From Candidatus Cloacimonadales bacterium (GTDB lineage Bacteria > Cloacimonadota > Cloacimonadia > Cloacimonadales > DAONDQ01), in the NCBI GenBank assembly GCA_963662275.1, contig OY759316.1, positions 2,944,001-3,008,000 on the forward strand: a stretch of DNA of 64,000 bases, in the 5' to 3' direction. Each line of letters opens with the position of its first letter. Position 1 is the stretch's first letter. The position numbers and the translations under genes are program-made. The notes beneath the pieces were generated by a model. It searched no databases. It was not told where the DNA came from and saw only the letters and a list, made by a program, of their open reading frames with translations. Shown piece after piece: positions 19,454 to 30,623 of the stretch.

Positions 19454-21625
19454 TTGAAATTCCGTTATTACAGCCTCCTGGCTGTGTTACTTCTTGTTGT
19501 TGTAACCTGGGTAATCTACTTATTCATAATTCAGATAACAGACCCCTTAGATCTCGCCTATTTACGGCAAATACGCTATAATCCTTCCAAAGAGCTTCTC
19601 ATCCCGACACGGGGTGCAATTTATGATTGTAATGGACAATTACTGGCTAGCACCATTAAATATTATCAAATTGACATTGATCGAGGTGCTGTAAAAAAAT
19701 ACGCTGAGCGACATAGATTATCACAATCTGTTGAATTCGATAAGATAGCTACTATCATTTCCCGGAATTCGGAATTAACTAAGGAATTTATCCTTGAAAA
19801 ACTGAATCGAGGAAACCTTACATTTTCTATCCAGATATCTAATAAAATCAAAGAATCTGAATTAAACAGAATTCTCAAGGAATTTGCAGCAAATAAGCTT
19901 CCCCAACCAATTTATACCTTCAGTTCAATGAAGAGAGTCTATTCAAAAGGCATCCTGGCAGCAAGAGTCATTGGTTCTGTGCGTGAGAATACAGAGGAAA
20001 TTGCCAAAATCCAAAGAGATAAAGTACTTTATAAATTACGAGGTACATGTGGATTGGAAGCAACATATGACCATATATTATCCGGTGAATATGGATGGAG
20101 AGAAGTGGTGTATGATGCTCATCATTCTGAAGTTCCATATCCTGAATTATCGGAAAAATACCCCGAGAATGGAGCAAATCTGACCCTTACCATCGATTCA
20201 GACATCCAGGAGATAGTAGAAAATAATCTCTTTGAGGGGATAGAAAAATATTCTGCTAAAAATGCAGCAGCTATTGTTATGAATCCCGATACCGGTGAGA
20301 TCGTTGCCATGGCAGGAATATCAAAAACAGATAGAAGCTCTGATCCAAATGCGGTGAGGGCGTTAATGAATATTCCGGTGACATTCATGTTCGAACCCGG
20401 TTCAACATATAAACCATTTACAGCCATGCTTGCTTTGGAAAAACATATGTATGGTCCGAATGAGCTTATCGATTGTTCAACCAGGAATATCGGGGGCAGA
20501 AGAATTGGTGATTCCCATGGGCATGGTGCTTTAACATTAAGAAATGTGATTGCCTATTCCAGTAATTGCGGAATTAGCAGAGTTGCTGAAAGAGTTGGCG
20601 CTCCAGCACTTTATGAACGTTTAACCGAACTTGGATTCGGTCAAAAATCAGGACTTAACATGGTCGGAGAATCAAGTGGCTGGTTTAGAAAACTAGTTAA
20701 TTGGGGACCATATTCATTACCTTCAATATCATTCGGGCAGGAAGTTTCGGTGACTCCTATCCAGTTAGCAACTGCATATTGTGCCATTGCCAATGGCGGT
20801 AAAGTGATGAAGCCGTATATCGTAAAATCTATCTCAGATAATAATGGTAATGTACTTCAAGCGTTTCAACCCAAGCTGATACGTACTATTTCTGATAAAA
20901 CTACTCTTGATACTCTCAGATCCTATATGCAGGGAGTTGTTGATTATGGTACAGCCACACAAGTGAAATTGGATTATTTGAAAATCGGTGGTAAAACAGG
21001 AACTGCACAAAAAAAAGAAGAAGGCAGCAATCATTATTCCGGGGATAAATTCACAGCCGGTTTTTCAGGATTCTTTCCTGTGGATAATCCTAAATTAGTA
21101 ATCGTTGTTTTATATGATGAACCTGTAGGAGTTTACCATTTCGGTGCCTTATCAGCAGGTCCAACATTTAAAGCTATTACCGAACAAATTTGCGCTTTAC
21201 CAAAATGTGCTATTATCCCGGAAGTAAAACAGAAGAACCAGGTACAAGTCATTATGCCGAATGTGACAGGTCTAAGACAGCTCCAGGCAGAAGCCATTTT
21301 ACGACAGGCGGGGATTCAATTTAATTCAGTAGTAAATGATGCTAGTGGAATCGTTGTTAATCAATTTCCAAAATCGGAAGTGCAATTCAGTCGACAAAAT
21401 TCTGCAACTTTAATTATTGATAGAAAAACCCAGGATTTCTTAGCTATATCTGATAATTCAATCATGCCTGACCTATCAGGTATGACTATCCGTTCGGCTA
21501 TGAAAATAGCAAAGACAAAGAAAATAAACTTAGTAATTAACGGTTTTGGCTCTATCATTTCTCAAACCATTCCCTCCGGTTCTAAAACACGTACGGGTGA
21601 AACCTGTATCGTGGAAGCTAAATAA
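19454..21625 (+). CDS. ftsI: Class B penicillin-binding protein with C-terminal PASTA domains
   Basis: RGAIYD, EPGSTYK (SxxK), SSN, KTGTAQ; two MP(N/D)xxG PASTA-like repeats. Confidence 0.93.
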   Translation: MKFRYYSLLAVLLLVVVTWVIYLFIIQITDPLDLAYLRQIRYNPSKELLIPTRGAIYDCNGQLLASTIKYYQIDIDRGAVKKYAERHRLSQSVEFDKIATIISRNSELTKEFILEKLNRGNLTFSIQISNKIKESELNRILKEFAANKLPQPIYTFSSMKRVYSKGILAARVIGSVRENTEEIAKIQRDKVLYKLRGTCGLEATYDHILSGEYGWREVVYDAHHSEVPYPELSEKYPENGANLTLTIDSDIQEIVENNLFEGIEKYSAKNAAAIVMNPDTGEIVAMAGISKTDRSSDPNAVRALMNIPVTFMFEPGSTYKPFTAMLALEKHMYGPNELIDCSTRNIGGRRIGDSHGHGALTLRNVIAYSSNCGISRVAERVGAPALYERLTELGFGQKSGLNMVGESSGWFRKLVNWGPYSLPSISFGQEVSVTPIQLATAYCAIANGGKVMKPYIVKSISDNNGNVLQAFQPKLIRTISDKTTLDTLRSYMQGVVDYGTATQVKLDYLKIGGKTGTAQKKEEGSNHYSGDKFTAGFSGFFPVDNPKLVIVVLYDEPVGVYHFGALSAGPTFKAITEQICALPKCAIIPEVKQKNQVQVIMPNVTGLRQLQAEAILRQAGIQFNSVVNDASGIVVNQFPKSEVQFSRQNSATLIIDRKTQDFLAISDNSIMPDLSGMTIRSAMKIAKTKKINLVINGFGSIISQTIPSGSKTRTGETCIVEAK

Positions 21626-24414
21626 TGAAAATCCAAGACATTCTTGATGCCTTAACAGCAGAATCTCTGTTAGTTGGATACGTAAATATTGATACAAACC
21701 AGGTAATCTCAGGATTACCTAGAACCAGCTCATCCCTTGTGCAGCAGGATGATATTTTTATTTGTATCAGTGGTTTTCAAGCCGATGGCCATCAATTTGC
21801 CGCAAAAGCCGTTATGCATGGAGCAAGTTTAGTAATCCATGAAAAATCAATTGAAGCAAATCTCCCGGGAATTGGCGTAAAAAATAGCCGGAAAGCAGCA
21901 GCTATCCTAGCAAAACTGTATTATCATAATCCTTCATCAAAATTCAAATTAATTGGTGTTACTGGAACTAATGGGAAAACTACAATTACTACGCTCATCT
22001 CTCAACTGCTTACAGCGCAGGAGAAAAAAGTCGGTTTAATCGGTACTTTAGGTTATTCCATATTAGGCGTTCATTATCCATCTAATAGAACTACACCGGA
22101 TATCATGGATTTGAATAGGATTTTTTCTGATATGGTGAGTGCCGGTTGTGAATATGTAGTAATGGAAGTTTCTTCTCATGCATTAGCACTTGAACGGGTA
22201 TATGGGTTAGAGTTTGATTTTTCTATATTTACAAATTTATCCAGAGACCATTTAGACTTTCACCAGGATATGGAATCATATGCACAGGCAAAATTCCTCT
22301 TATTTGAATACCTGTTAAAAAATAATGGACACGCTTTAATTAATATAGATGATTCATATGGATTAACCTTTTATAAGAAGATTCATACCAATTGTTCTTC
22401 CATTTCTTTTGTAGAAGGCGACTTTAAAATCAGCAATATTCATCAGAACCTGGATATAAGCGAATTCACGTTGATTCATGAAAATCAGAATACTACAATA
22501 AAATCTACCTTACTTGGTAAATTCAATATCATGAATGTAGCAATGGCTATCGCTACAACTCATATGATTTTACCTCAAACTTCCTGGGAAGAACTTTCCG
22601 CGATTGCAGAAGTACTTAAACCTCCTGTAGGGCGACTTGAAGCTGTTATCAATCATCAACATGTGGGTGTTTTTGTAGATTATGCTCATACTCCAGATGC
22701 CCTGGAAAATGTATTGAATACGTTACAGGAATTGAAACCTCATCGGTTATTATGCTTAATCGGTTCCGGCGGAGATCGGGATAAGGGAAAACGTCCTGAA
22801 ATGGGAAAAGTAGCTGTTAGTCATGCGGATATAACAATTTTTACAGATGATAACCCACGTTCAGAAAGTCCAGTTCAAATCATTCGGGATATGGTGGCAG
22901 ATCTAGATCCTTTTGATTCATTCTGGATCATTCGGAATAGGAAAATAGCCATAGAATCAATACTTCATTTAGCTCAACCGGGAGATATTGTACTCTTAGC
23001 TGGAAAAGGACATGAGACATACCAGGAAATCAATGGAGAAAAGCAGCATTTTGACGATCGTGAAATTGCCGATGCGTATTTAAAAGCAGAATTAATATCC
23101 GATGATAGTATCCTGGCTCTCCCAATTGATCCCCTGATGTTGGAATTTGTATATGGTACCAAGATCAACTTATTAGAAAAAGATACCGTTCTTACTTCCA
23201 TATCGACAGATTCACGAAAGATTGGCAATAATGCTCTATTTTTTGCCATTAAAGGGGATAACTTCGATGGACATACATATGTAGAGGATGTGTTAAGAGA
23301 TACATCCTGCTACGCTGTAGTATCCACTCATCCAGCAAAGCATGAGCAGGCAATATTGGTAGAAGACACTGTTAAAGCATTGGGATTGCTTGCTGAGAAA
23401 TATCTGAGCTTATTCAGAGTAAAGAAAATCGCTCTTACCGGAAGTGTTGGAAAAACAACGACAAAAGAATTCATCTTTAATATTATGAACATTCATGGCA
23501 GCACTTTAAAAACCCTGGCTAACGAAAATAACTATATTGGACTGCCAAAGACTATTTTCAGAGTCCAACCAAATCACAAGTTTGCTGTTCTCGAATTAGG
23601 AACGAATCACTCTGGTGAAATTCAGATGCTGGCAGATATTTGCCATCCAGATATAGGAATAATTACAAATATTGGACCTTCTCACCTGGAGTTCTTTGAT
23701 AATGAAGATGGAGTTTTCCAGGAAAAGATTTTCTTATTTAAAAGACACTTGGAAGCATTGATTTATCCTGGTGATGATGTTAGGTTTGCCTCCTATATGG
23801 GAAAAGGGATTTCCTTTGGATTAGAACCTCATAATACCTATCACTTGAAAGAAGTTTCCGGAATGGGCAACGAAACACATATTAAAATTAACAACGAAAG
23901 CTATCAATATGCTTCTCCCGTTCCCTTTTATGCCATGAATGTGCTGATAGCAGTTGCAGTGGGAAAGCTCCTGGGATTCTCTGAAACATCTATACAAAAG
24001 GGTTTGAATAACAATATCGATTTGGGGTGGCGGATGAAAGTCCAGGAATCAGGTAAAAGAAAACTAATCCTTGATTGTTACAATGCAAATCCTATGTCTA
24101 TGCTTGCCGCTTTGGAATATTGGGTATTAGTGGAGCCTAAACGTCCTCATATAGCCATTCTTGGCGACATGCTAGAACTGGGTGATCGCACTGATTCATA
24201 CCATCAGCAAGTAAGTAACTATTTGAAAATGAAACATCTCGATGTGATTATCACAGTTGGAGAAAAAGCCAAGCTTTATGGAGGGGATTCTCACTTTCAG
24301 AATGTTGATTTATTGATTGAATCAGGAATCCTGCAATCTCTAGATCCAGAAGCAATCATTCTTTTGAAAGCGTCACACGGAATTCATCTTGAAAAACTCA
24401 TAGGTAGGCTATAA
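21625..24414 (+). CDS. murE: Bifunctional MurE-MurF ligase fusion
   Basis: First half GVTGTNGKTT, MEVSSH, DYAHTPD, DNPR, GKGHE; second half TDSR, ALTGSVGKTTTK, DCYNANP, LGDMLELG, LKAS; one uninterrupted ORF. Confidence 0.95.
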   Translation: MKIQDILDALTAESLLVGYVNIDTNQVISGLPRTSSSLVQQDDIFICISGFQADGHQFAAKAVMHGASLVIHEKSIEANLPGIGVKNSRKAAAILAKLYYHNPSSKFKLIGVTGTNGKTTITTLISQLLTAQEKKVGLIGTLGYSILGVHYPSNRTTPDIMDLNRIFSDMVSAGCEYVVMEVSSHALALERVYGLEFDFSIFTNLSRDHLDFHQDMESYAQAKFLLFEYLLKNNGHALINIDDSYGLTFYKKIHTNCSSISFVEGDFKISNIHQNLDISEFTLIHENQNTTIKSTLLGKFNIMNVAMAIATTHMILPQTSWEELSAIAEVLKPPVGRLEAVINHQHVGVFVDYAHTPDALENVLNTLQELKPHRLLCLIGSGGDRDKGKRPEMGKVAVSHADITIFTDDNPRSESPVQIIRDMVADLDPFDSFWIIRNRKIAIESILHLAQPGDIVLLAGKGHETYQEINGEKQHFDDREIADAYLKAELISDDSILALPIDPLMLEFVYGTKINLLEKDTVLTSISTDSRKIGNNALFFAIKGDNFDGHTYVEDVLRDTSCYAVVSTHPAKHEQAILVEDTVKALGLLAEKYLSLFRVKKIALTGSVGKTTTKEFIFNIMNIHGSTLKTLANENNYIGLPKTIFRVQPNHKFAVLELGTNHSGEIQMLADICHPDIGIITNIGPSHLEFFDNEDGVFQEKIFLFKRHLEALIYPGDDVRFASYMGKGISFGLEPHNTYHLKEVSGMGNETHIKINNESYQYASPVPFYAMNVLIAVAVGKLLGFSETSIQKGLNNNIDLGWRMKVQESGKRKLILDCYNANPMSMLAALEYWVLVEPKRPHIAILGDMLELGDRTDSYHQQVSNYLKMKHLDVIITVGEKAKLYGGDSHFQNVDLLIESGILQSLDPEAIILLKASHGIHLEKLIGRL

Positions 24415-25517
24415 TGTTCTATGAATTGTTCTCACCCTTAGCTTCAAATAGTATTGTTTTCAACGTATTCAGATATATCACATTTCGATCTGCTGCTGCG
24501 TTCATCACAGCATTACTCTTTTCCTTTATTATAGGTCCCTTGATTATCAGCATCTTAAAGAAAAAGCAAGCAGTGGAGACAATTGATGAAGATGTACCGG
24601 AGAGACATCGCTCAAAACAAGGTACTCCAACCATGGGCGGTCTGATCATACTATTCGGCTTAATACTTACCAGTTTATTATGGAATGATCTCTCGAATAG
24701 TTATATCTGGCTCATGATGCTAACTACTATTTGGCTCGGTATCTTTGGGTTTCTTGATGATTACCTGAAGAATTTTATCAAAGCAAAGAAAGGTCTAGTA
24801 CCTAAATATAAATTGTTAGGGCAAGTGAGTCTTGCCATTATCGTAGCTTTAGCAATTTATTACAGTAAAACTGATAATTCTGCCTTGACTACAATTCAAA
24901 TTCCATTCTTAAAAAATACATTCATTCAATTAGGATGGTTTTTTATTCCTTTTGTGGTATTAATGATCGTTGGTACTTCAAATGCAGTAAACCTGACAGA
25001 CGGTTTGGATGGCTTGGCGGCAGGAGTAATTGCTTTCTCCTTATTAGCTTTAGGTATCATGGCATATATTAAAGGCAATTTTGTTCTTGCCAGTTATTTG
25101 AGAGTTGAATTCATCATGGAAGCAGGCGAATTAACTGTGTTCACCTTTGCCTTAATTGGTACGATGCTCGGGTTTCTATGGTTTAATACGCATCCGGCTC
25201 AAGTCTTTATGGGAGATACTGGATCTTTAGCTTTAGGTGGAATCCTGGCACTGCTTTCAATTCTCTTGCGAGAACAGATTTTCTTCTTTATTGTAGGTTT
25301 GATATTCGTAGCTGAAGTAATTTCTGTTATGGTACAGCGATATTATTTTAAATATACAAAGAAAACTACTGGGCAGGGAAGACGGATTTTTCGTTGTGCC
25401 CCAATACATCATCACTTTGAATTAGGCGGTTTACCCGAACCTAAAATAGTTGTACGTTTTTGGATTATTGCGGCTTTACTTGCAGCAGTAGGATTGGCAA
25501 CCTTAAAACTTAGGTAA
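24414..25517 (+). CDS. mraY: Phospho-N-acetylmuramoyl-pentapeptide transferase
   Basis: KQGTPTMGG, SNAVNLTDGLDGLA, FMGDTGSLALG, PIHHHFE. Confidence 0.97.
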   Translation: MFYELFSPLASNSIVFNVFRYITFRSAAAFITALLFSFIIGPLIISILKKKQAVETIDEDVPERHRSKQGTPTMGGLIILFGLILTSLLWNDLSNSYIWLMMLTTIWLGIFGFLDDYLKNFIKAKKGLVPKYKLLGQVSLAIIVALAIYYSKTDNSALTTIQIPFLKNTFIQLGWFFIPFVVLMIVGTSNAVNLTDGLDGLAAGVIAFSLLALGIMAYIKGNFVLASYLRVEFIMEAGELTVFTFALIGTMLGFLWFNTHPAQVFMGDTGSLALGGILALLSILLREQIFFFIVGLIFVAEVISVMVQRYYFKYTKKTTGQGRRIFRCAPIHHHFELGGLPEPKIVVRFWIIAALLAAVGLATLKLR

Positions 25518-25524
25518 AAGAAAT

Positions 25525-26874
25525 ATGATTAATTTAAACATTCGTTATGGAATCCTGGGTCTGGCTCGCAGCGGACTTGCTGCTGCCTGGAAAATTCGGG
25601 AAATGGGTGGAAAGCCATTTCTGAGTGAATCAAAGCCAGCAAGTGAGTTTCCACAAGCAGATACTATTGCAGAGGAATTTGCTTGTGAATTTGGTGGTCA
25701 TACCGATCGCATCTTAGATTGTGATGTGCTGATTGTTAGTCCTGGAATTCCCTTAGAGACTCCTATTATCAAGAAAGCAAATGCAAAAGGAATCAAACTG
25801 ATTAGCGAATTGGAATTTGGATATCTGGTCAAATCACCAGACAGTAAAATTATTGCTGTCACAGGTTCAAATGGGAAGAGTACAACGGTTAGTTTAATAC
25901 ATCATTTTTTGAAAGCGGCTGGTTATAATTCCTTGCTGGCAGGCAACATTGGTAATGCCTTTACAGGATTTGAGATTGATAAACCCGGTATTGATTTTAT
26001 TGTCCTCGAAATCAGCAGTTTTCAGCTTGACCTAATAGATACTTTCAAACCTGATATAGCCCTGTTATTAAATATTACACCGGATCATCTCAATCGCTAT
26101 GCATCCTTTGAGCATTATGCACTCAGTAAGATGAGGATATTTGAAAACCAGGATGCAAATGATTATGCAATTATCAACGCTGATGACCCCGTTATTCACG
26201 GATTAGAGCATATGATCCATTCTAAAAAACAATATTTCTCAATGATCAAGTCATCTGATGCTTATTTCCAGGATGGCAGACTTACTTTTCCAAATAAACA
26301 GGAAACTATTCCGGTACTGGATTTGAAAATACGCGGACCCCATAATTATGCAAACTGTCTCTCCTCTGTTCTTGCAGCATTTATTGCTGGTGTTGATAAA
26401 AAAACTATCAGCACCAGCATAAATGCATTTCTACCCTTGCATCATAGACTTGAGTATGCCGGTGATATTCATGGCGTTCAATTTATTAATGATTCAAAAG
26501 CAACAAATACTGATTCCGTGAAATATGCACTTCAATCTTTTGACTCTAAAGTAAGGATCATAATGGGTGGATCGGATAAGGGTGAGGATTTTAGTGTACT
26601 GATCCCTTACTTGAAGGAACATGCAAAAAAAATGTATCTCATTGGAGCAACTCGACCTTTAATGCGACATGCATATCAGGATGCGTTAGAATTTGAAGAA
26701 TTTAACTCCTTGGAAGATTGTGTCAAAAAAGCTTATCTTGATTCCAGTGAAAATGACATCATCCTTTTATCTCCTGCATGTGCAAGTTATGATATGTTCA
26801 GTAATTTTGAACATCGGGGAGAAACTTTTAAAAGCATCGTACAGGACTTGAAAAATGAATACCCGTCAAAGTAA
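25525..26874 (+). CDS. murD: UDP-MurNAc-L-Ala:D-Glu ligase
   Basis: GLARSG, VTGSNGKST, EISSFQL, NDSKATN, LSPACAS. Confidence 0.97.
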   Translation: MINLNIRYGILGLARSGLAAAWKIREMGGKPFLSESKPASEFPQADTIAEEFACEFGGHTDRILDCDVLIVSPGIPLETPIIKKANAKGIKLISELEFGYLVKSPDSKIIAVTGSNGKSTTVSLIHHFLKAAGYNSLLAGNIGNAFTGFEIDKPGIDFIVLEISSFQLDLIDTFKPDIALLLNITPDHLNRYASFEHYALSKMRIFENQDANDYAIINADDPVIHGLEHMIHSKKQYFSMIKSSDAYFQDGRLTFPNKQETIPVLDLKIRGPHNYANCLSSVLAAFIAGVDKKTISTSINAFLPLHHRLEYAGDIHGVQFINDSKATNTDSVKYALQSFDSKVRIIMGGSDKGEDFSVLIPYLKEHAKKMYLIGATRPLMRHAYQDALEFEEFNSLEDCVKKAYLDSSENDIILLSPACASYDMFSNFEHRGETFKSIVQDLKNEYPSK

Positions 26875-28000
26875 AAGCCAAGTATATATTGCAGATTTCG
26901 ATAGATCTGTGTTTTTTTCCTATCTTGTCCTTTGCATGATTGGTTTAGGAGTACTCCTTGATATCAGTTCTGTTCGTGAAAATATGAATTATTTCTATAA
27001 GCAGGTGATGTATTTAGTACCAGCACTTTTAATAATGTTTGCAGCCTTGTATTACCCTAATTTGCAAAAATTGAAGAAATTCAACTCTCTCTGGATTGGA
27101 ATCGCAATTACTTTATTGATTGCAGTTCTTATTTTTGGACATAATGTTAATGGCGCTAGAAGATTCTTGAAAATTGGACCCTTTCTTTTTCAGCCAAGTT
27201 TTTTAGCTCGTATCGCGCTTGTATTTTACGCTGCTGGTGTTCTTTCTCGGAAGCAAGTTGAAATTCATGAGAAAAATCTTGTCGAATTACTCAAGTCTTT
27301 CCTTCCTCTATTTATTACTGTAATTGTAATATTTTTTTTGATTTTAACTGAAAAACATCTGAGTACCCTGGTAATTTCTGGCTGTACCCTCTTCGCTATG
27401 TTCTGGATAGCAGGAATACGAAAAAGATTCGTCTTCGGAATATTAATTGTGGGTATGCTAGCAGGTCTTTTCGTGATTACAAAAGGAGCAGATTACCGTG
27501 GTGAACGAATCGAAATCTACAAAAAATACTCTCTCTTTACCAAACCCCATGTAGCAAAAGTAAATCCCGAAAAAGAGTATCAGACCCGAGAAAGCCTAAC
27601 AGCCCTGTCTAATGGAAAATTATTCGGAACAGGTGTAGACAAGGGTAGAGCAAAGCATTTCTTTCTACCGGAATCAAGAACCGACTACGTTTTTACCATC
27701 ATCGGTGAAGAAAGCGGTTTTGCTGGAGCGCTCTTGGTTTTTAGCTTACAATGTTTCCTGTTTTGGAAAGCTTTTCAACTTTCGTTTAAGCAGGAGGATA
27801 TATATCTCAGATATCTCGGGATAGGTCTAGCCTTAAACATCTTTCTAAATGTACTAGTGAATGTTGGTGTTGCTATGTCTGCACTTCCCTCTACCGGTGT
27901 TACTTTACCATTTATCAGTTATGGTGGAACATCTCTTTTGATTGATTCTTTAACCATTGGACTTTTACTCAATATTAGTGCTAAGCGTAAGGAAATATAG
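26855..28000 (+). CDS. ftsW: SEDS peptidoglycan glycosyltransferase FtsW
   Basis: Multi-TM; NGARRF, FQPS, LPESRTDY, GEE.G, P.TGVTLPFISYGG. Confidence 0.93.
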   Translation: MNTRQSKSQVYIADFDRSVFFSYLVLCMIGLGVLLDISSVRENMNYFYKQVMYLVPALLIMFAALYYPNLQKLKKFNSLWIGIAITLLIAVLIFGHNVNGARRFLKIGPFLFQPSFLARIALVFYAAGVLSRKQVEIHEKNLVELLKSFLPLFITVIVIFFLILTEKHLSTLVISGCTLFAMFWIAGIRKRFVFGILIVGMLAGLFVITKGADYRGERIEIYKKYSLFTKPHVAKVNPEKEYQTRESLTALSNGKLFGTGVDKGRAKHFFLPESRTDYVFTIIGEESGFAGALLVFSLQCFLFWKAFQLSFKQEDIYLRYLGIGLALNIFLNVLVNVGVAMSALPSTGVTLPFISYGGTSLLIDSLTIGLLLNISAKRKEI

Positions 28001-29082
28001 TGAAAATCATTGTTGCAGCAGGAGGTACAGGGGGACATATCCTTCCTGCCTTAGCTATAACGGAAGAACTGCAAAAACTCGGTTGCGAAATTTTGTACAT
28101 TGGCAATAAGAACAGCATGGAAGAGCGTCTGACTAAATCACTGAATATATCATTTGCTCAAATTGATGTACAAAAGCTCTACCGAAGCTTCACCTTTGCA
28201 CATATCAAATTCCCTTATAAACTTCTGAGTAGTGTTATCGGTTCTATTCATTTATTCAGAAAATTCAAGCCTGATGCGTTTGTTGGAACGGGGGGATTTG
28301 TTAGTGGTCCAGTGGGATTGGTAGCAATCTTTACAGGTACACCTATTTTTTGGCAGGAACAGAATAGCTTGCCTGGTATTACGACACGCTTTATTTCCAG
28401 ATTTGCTAAACGTATTTTTATTGCCTATAATGGAGCTTTGAATTATCTTCCAAAAGAGAAATGCCTATTGGTTGGAAATCCAATTCACCCAAGTATTCTT
28501 ATTGAGAAAGACAAGCTGGATGCCAGGAAATATAGTCTAGCTGAAGGAAATAAAACACTCTTGATTCTTGGTGGTAGCCAAGGTTCCACGGCGATTAATA
28601 ACATTATCATGCAAATTATAAATCAATTATCGTTAAATAAAATCAATCTTTTATGGCAGTGTGGAAAGCGTGATTATGATTCTCTTCATAGTAAAATAAG
28701 TAATTTGCCAGGAATTTATCTTTTCCCATTCTCACATGAAATGGGGAAAATCTATAATTCTGCTGACATGGCAATCGCACGTGCAGGAGCATTAACTCTT
28801 GCTGAACTAGAAATGAAAAAGGTTCCGGCTATCCTAATTCCTTTGCCTACATCCGCAGGGAATCACCAGGTATTCAATGCCCTTGAACAGGAAGAAAAAG
28901 GTATTGCCAAAGTGATTGAGCAAAAGAATCTAAATCCTGATATTTTACTTCTATCCATTAAGGAAATGCTGGACAATATTAATCATTTTAAATCGAACTC
29001 TAATAATAGACAAGAAATGAAATCAGCTTCTGTTATTGCGCATAAGATCATTGAAGATTTGAGTTTTCATAAACCAATTTAA
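28000..29082 (+). CDS. murG: Lipid I N-acetylglucosaminyltransferase
   Basis: GGTGGHI.P, GGFVSGP, EQN, GNP, GGSQG, RAGA.T. Confidence 0.96.
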   Translation: MKIIVAAGGTGGHILPALAITEELQKLGCEILYIGNKNSMEERLTKSLNISFAQIDVQKLYRSFTFAHIKFPYKLLSSVIGSIHLFRKFKPDAFVGTGGFVSGPVGLVAIFTGTPIFWQEQNSLPGITTRFISRFAKRIFIAYNGALNYLPKEKCLLVGNPIHPSILIEKDKLDARKYSLAEGNKTLLILGGSQGSTAINNIIMQIINQLSLNKINLLWQCGKRDYDSLHSKISNLPGIYLFPFSHEMGKIYNSADMAIARAGALTLAELEMKKVPAILIPLPTSAGNHQVFNALEQEEKGIAKVIEQKNLNPDILLLSIKEMLDNINHFKSNSNNRQEMKSASVIAHKIIEDLSFHKPI

Positions 29083-29091
29083 GGACGTATT

Positions 29092-30468
29092 ATGTTAGGA
29101 AGAACAAAGAAAATACATTTTGTTGGCATCGGCGGTATCGGGATGAGTGGTATAGCAGAATTACTCTTTAACCAGGGTATTGAGATTTCAGGCTCTGATA
29201 TGAAGAAATCAGAAATCACCAAACACTTGGAAAGTATTGGAATTAGAGTAGTTGAAGGACATGATCCAAATCTTATCAGTGATGTTGATGTGGTTGTAAA
29301 ATCATCAGCAGTACATGATGATAATCCTGAAATACAAGCTGCAAAAGCTCTTAAAATTCCTGTTATCCGACGTGCAGAAATGCTAGCTGAAATTACTAGA
29401 ATGAGCTATAGTATCGGGATCGCAGGAACACATGGGAAAACTTCTACAACTTCAATGGTTGGAATGGTCTTGGACATTGCAGGTTTGGAGCCTACAATAA
29501 TCGTTGGTGGAAAAGTGATGAATTTCGGTTCAAACAACCTTATGGGCAGTGGAAAATATATTGTGGTTGAAGCGGACGAATATGATCATTCCTTCCTGAC
29601 ACTAAGCCCCATTATTGCTGGTATCACGAATATTGAAGCGGATCATCTTGATTGTTATTTAGACTTAGATGAAATCAAAGATGCCTTTGTCGAGTTTGCT
29701 AATAAGGTTCCTTTCTTTGGATCAGTCATCGCCTGTCTAGAAGATCCCGGTGTTCAGTCAATTCTTCCATTAATCGAAAAAAAGATTCTGACTTATGGTA
29801 CTTCCAGGCAAGCTGATATTCAAGCTGTTAATATCGTTATGAAAAACTTCATTTCCAGTTTTGATGTTGTTTATAAGAGTTATCGTCTTGGAAATGTCAC
29901 TCTCGCAGTGAATGGAAAACATAATATTCTCAATGCCCTGCTTGCAGTAACTGTAGGATTGGAACTCGATATTCCCTTTGCTTTGATTAAGAAGGGACTG
30001 GAAGAGTATAAGGGTGTTTACAGACGTTCCGAATTAAAAGGAGAAGCAAAAGAAATTGTGGTTTTTGACGATTATGCACATCATCCAACGGAAATTAAAG
30101 CCACTTTGGAAGGATTCAGAGATAGTACAGAAAGACGAATTGTCGTTGCTTTTCAACCGCATCTTTTTAGCCGGACAAGAGATTTTTACCAAGAATTTGG
30201 ACAGGCATTTTTTTCATGTGATGCATTATTTATCACCCCGATATATCCTGCTAGAGAAAAACCTATTGAAGGTGTAAGCGGAAAGATGATAGCTGATGCA
30301 GCTGTCCAATCTGGACATCATCAAGTCAGTTACATTGATAAAAATGAGAGTATTGTGACAGATATCTCTGCTTTTCTCAAGCCGGGTGATATCTTCATAA
30401 CCATGGGTGCTGGCAATATCTGGCAATATGGCGAGGAAATTCTGAATCAATTAAAAGAACCAAAATAA
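29092..30468 (+). CDS. murC: UDP-MurNAc:L-Ala ligase
   Basis: GIGGIGMSG, GTHGKTST, EADE, DDYAHHPTE. Confidence 0.97.
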   Translation: MLGRTKKIHFVGIGGIGMSGIAELLFNQGIEISGSDMKKSEITKHLESIGIRVVEGHDPNLISDVDVVVKSSAVHDDNPEIQAAKALKIPVIRRAEMLAEITRMSYSIGIAGTHGKTSTTSMVGMVLDIAGLEPTIIVGGKVMNFGSNNLMGSGKYIVVEADEYDHSFLTLSPIIAGITNIEADHLDCYLDLDEIKDAFVEFANKVPFFGSVIACLEDPGVQSILPLIEKKILTYGTSRQADIQAVNIVMKNFISSFDVVYKSYRLGNVTLAVNGKHNILNALLAVTVGLELDIPFALIKKGLEEYKGVYRRSELKGEAKEIVVFDDYAHHPTEIKATLEGFRDSTERRIVVAFQPHLFSRTRDFYQEFGQAFFSCDALFITPIYPAREKPIEGVSGKMIADAAVQSGHHQVSYIDKNESIVTDISAFLKPGDIFITMGAGNIWQYGEEILNQLKEPK

Positions 30469-30623
30469 GGGAATTCAGGATATCAATAAAATATTCATTG
30501 ACAGCTATCGTAATTATATATCTTTTAGAAAGTTAGTTGCATGATATCACTTTCTTGTTTTTTTGTTTTTATCATGCTATCTAGTTATAATTTATATCTG
30601 TTAGTATTTATAGGAGATTTATC

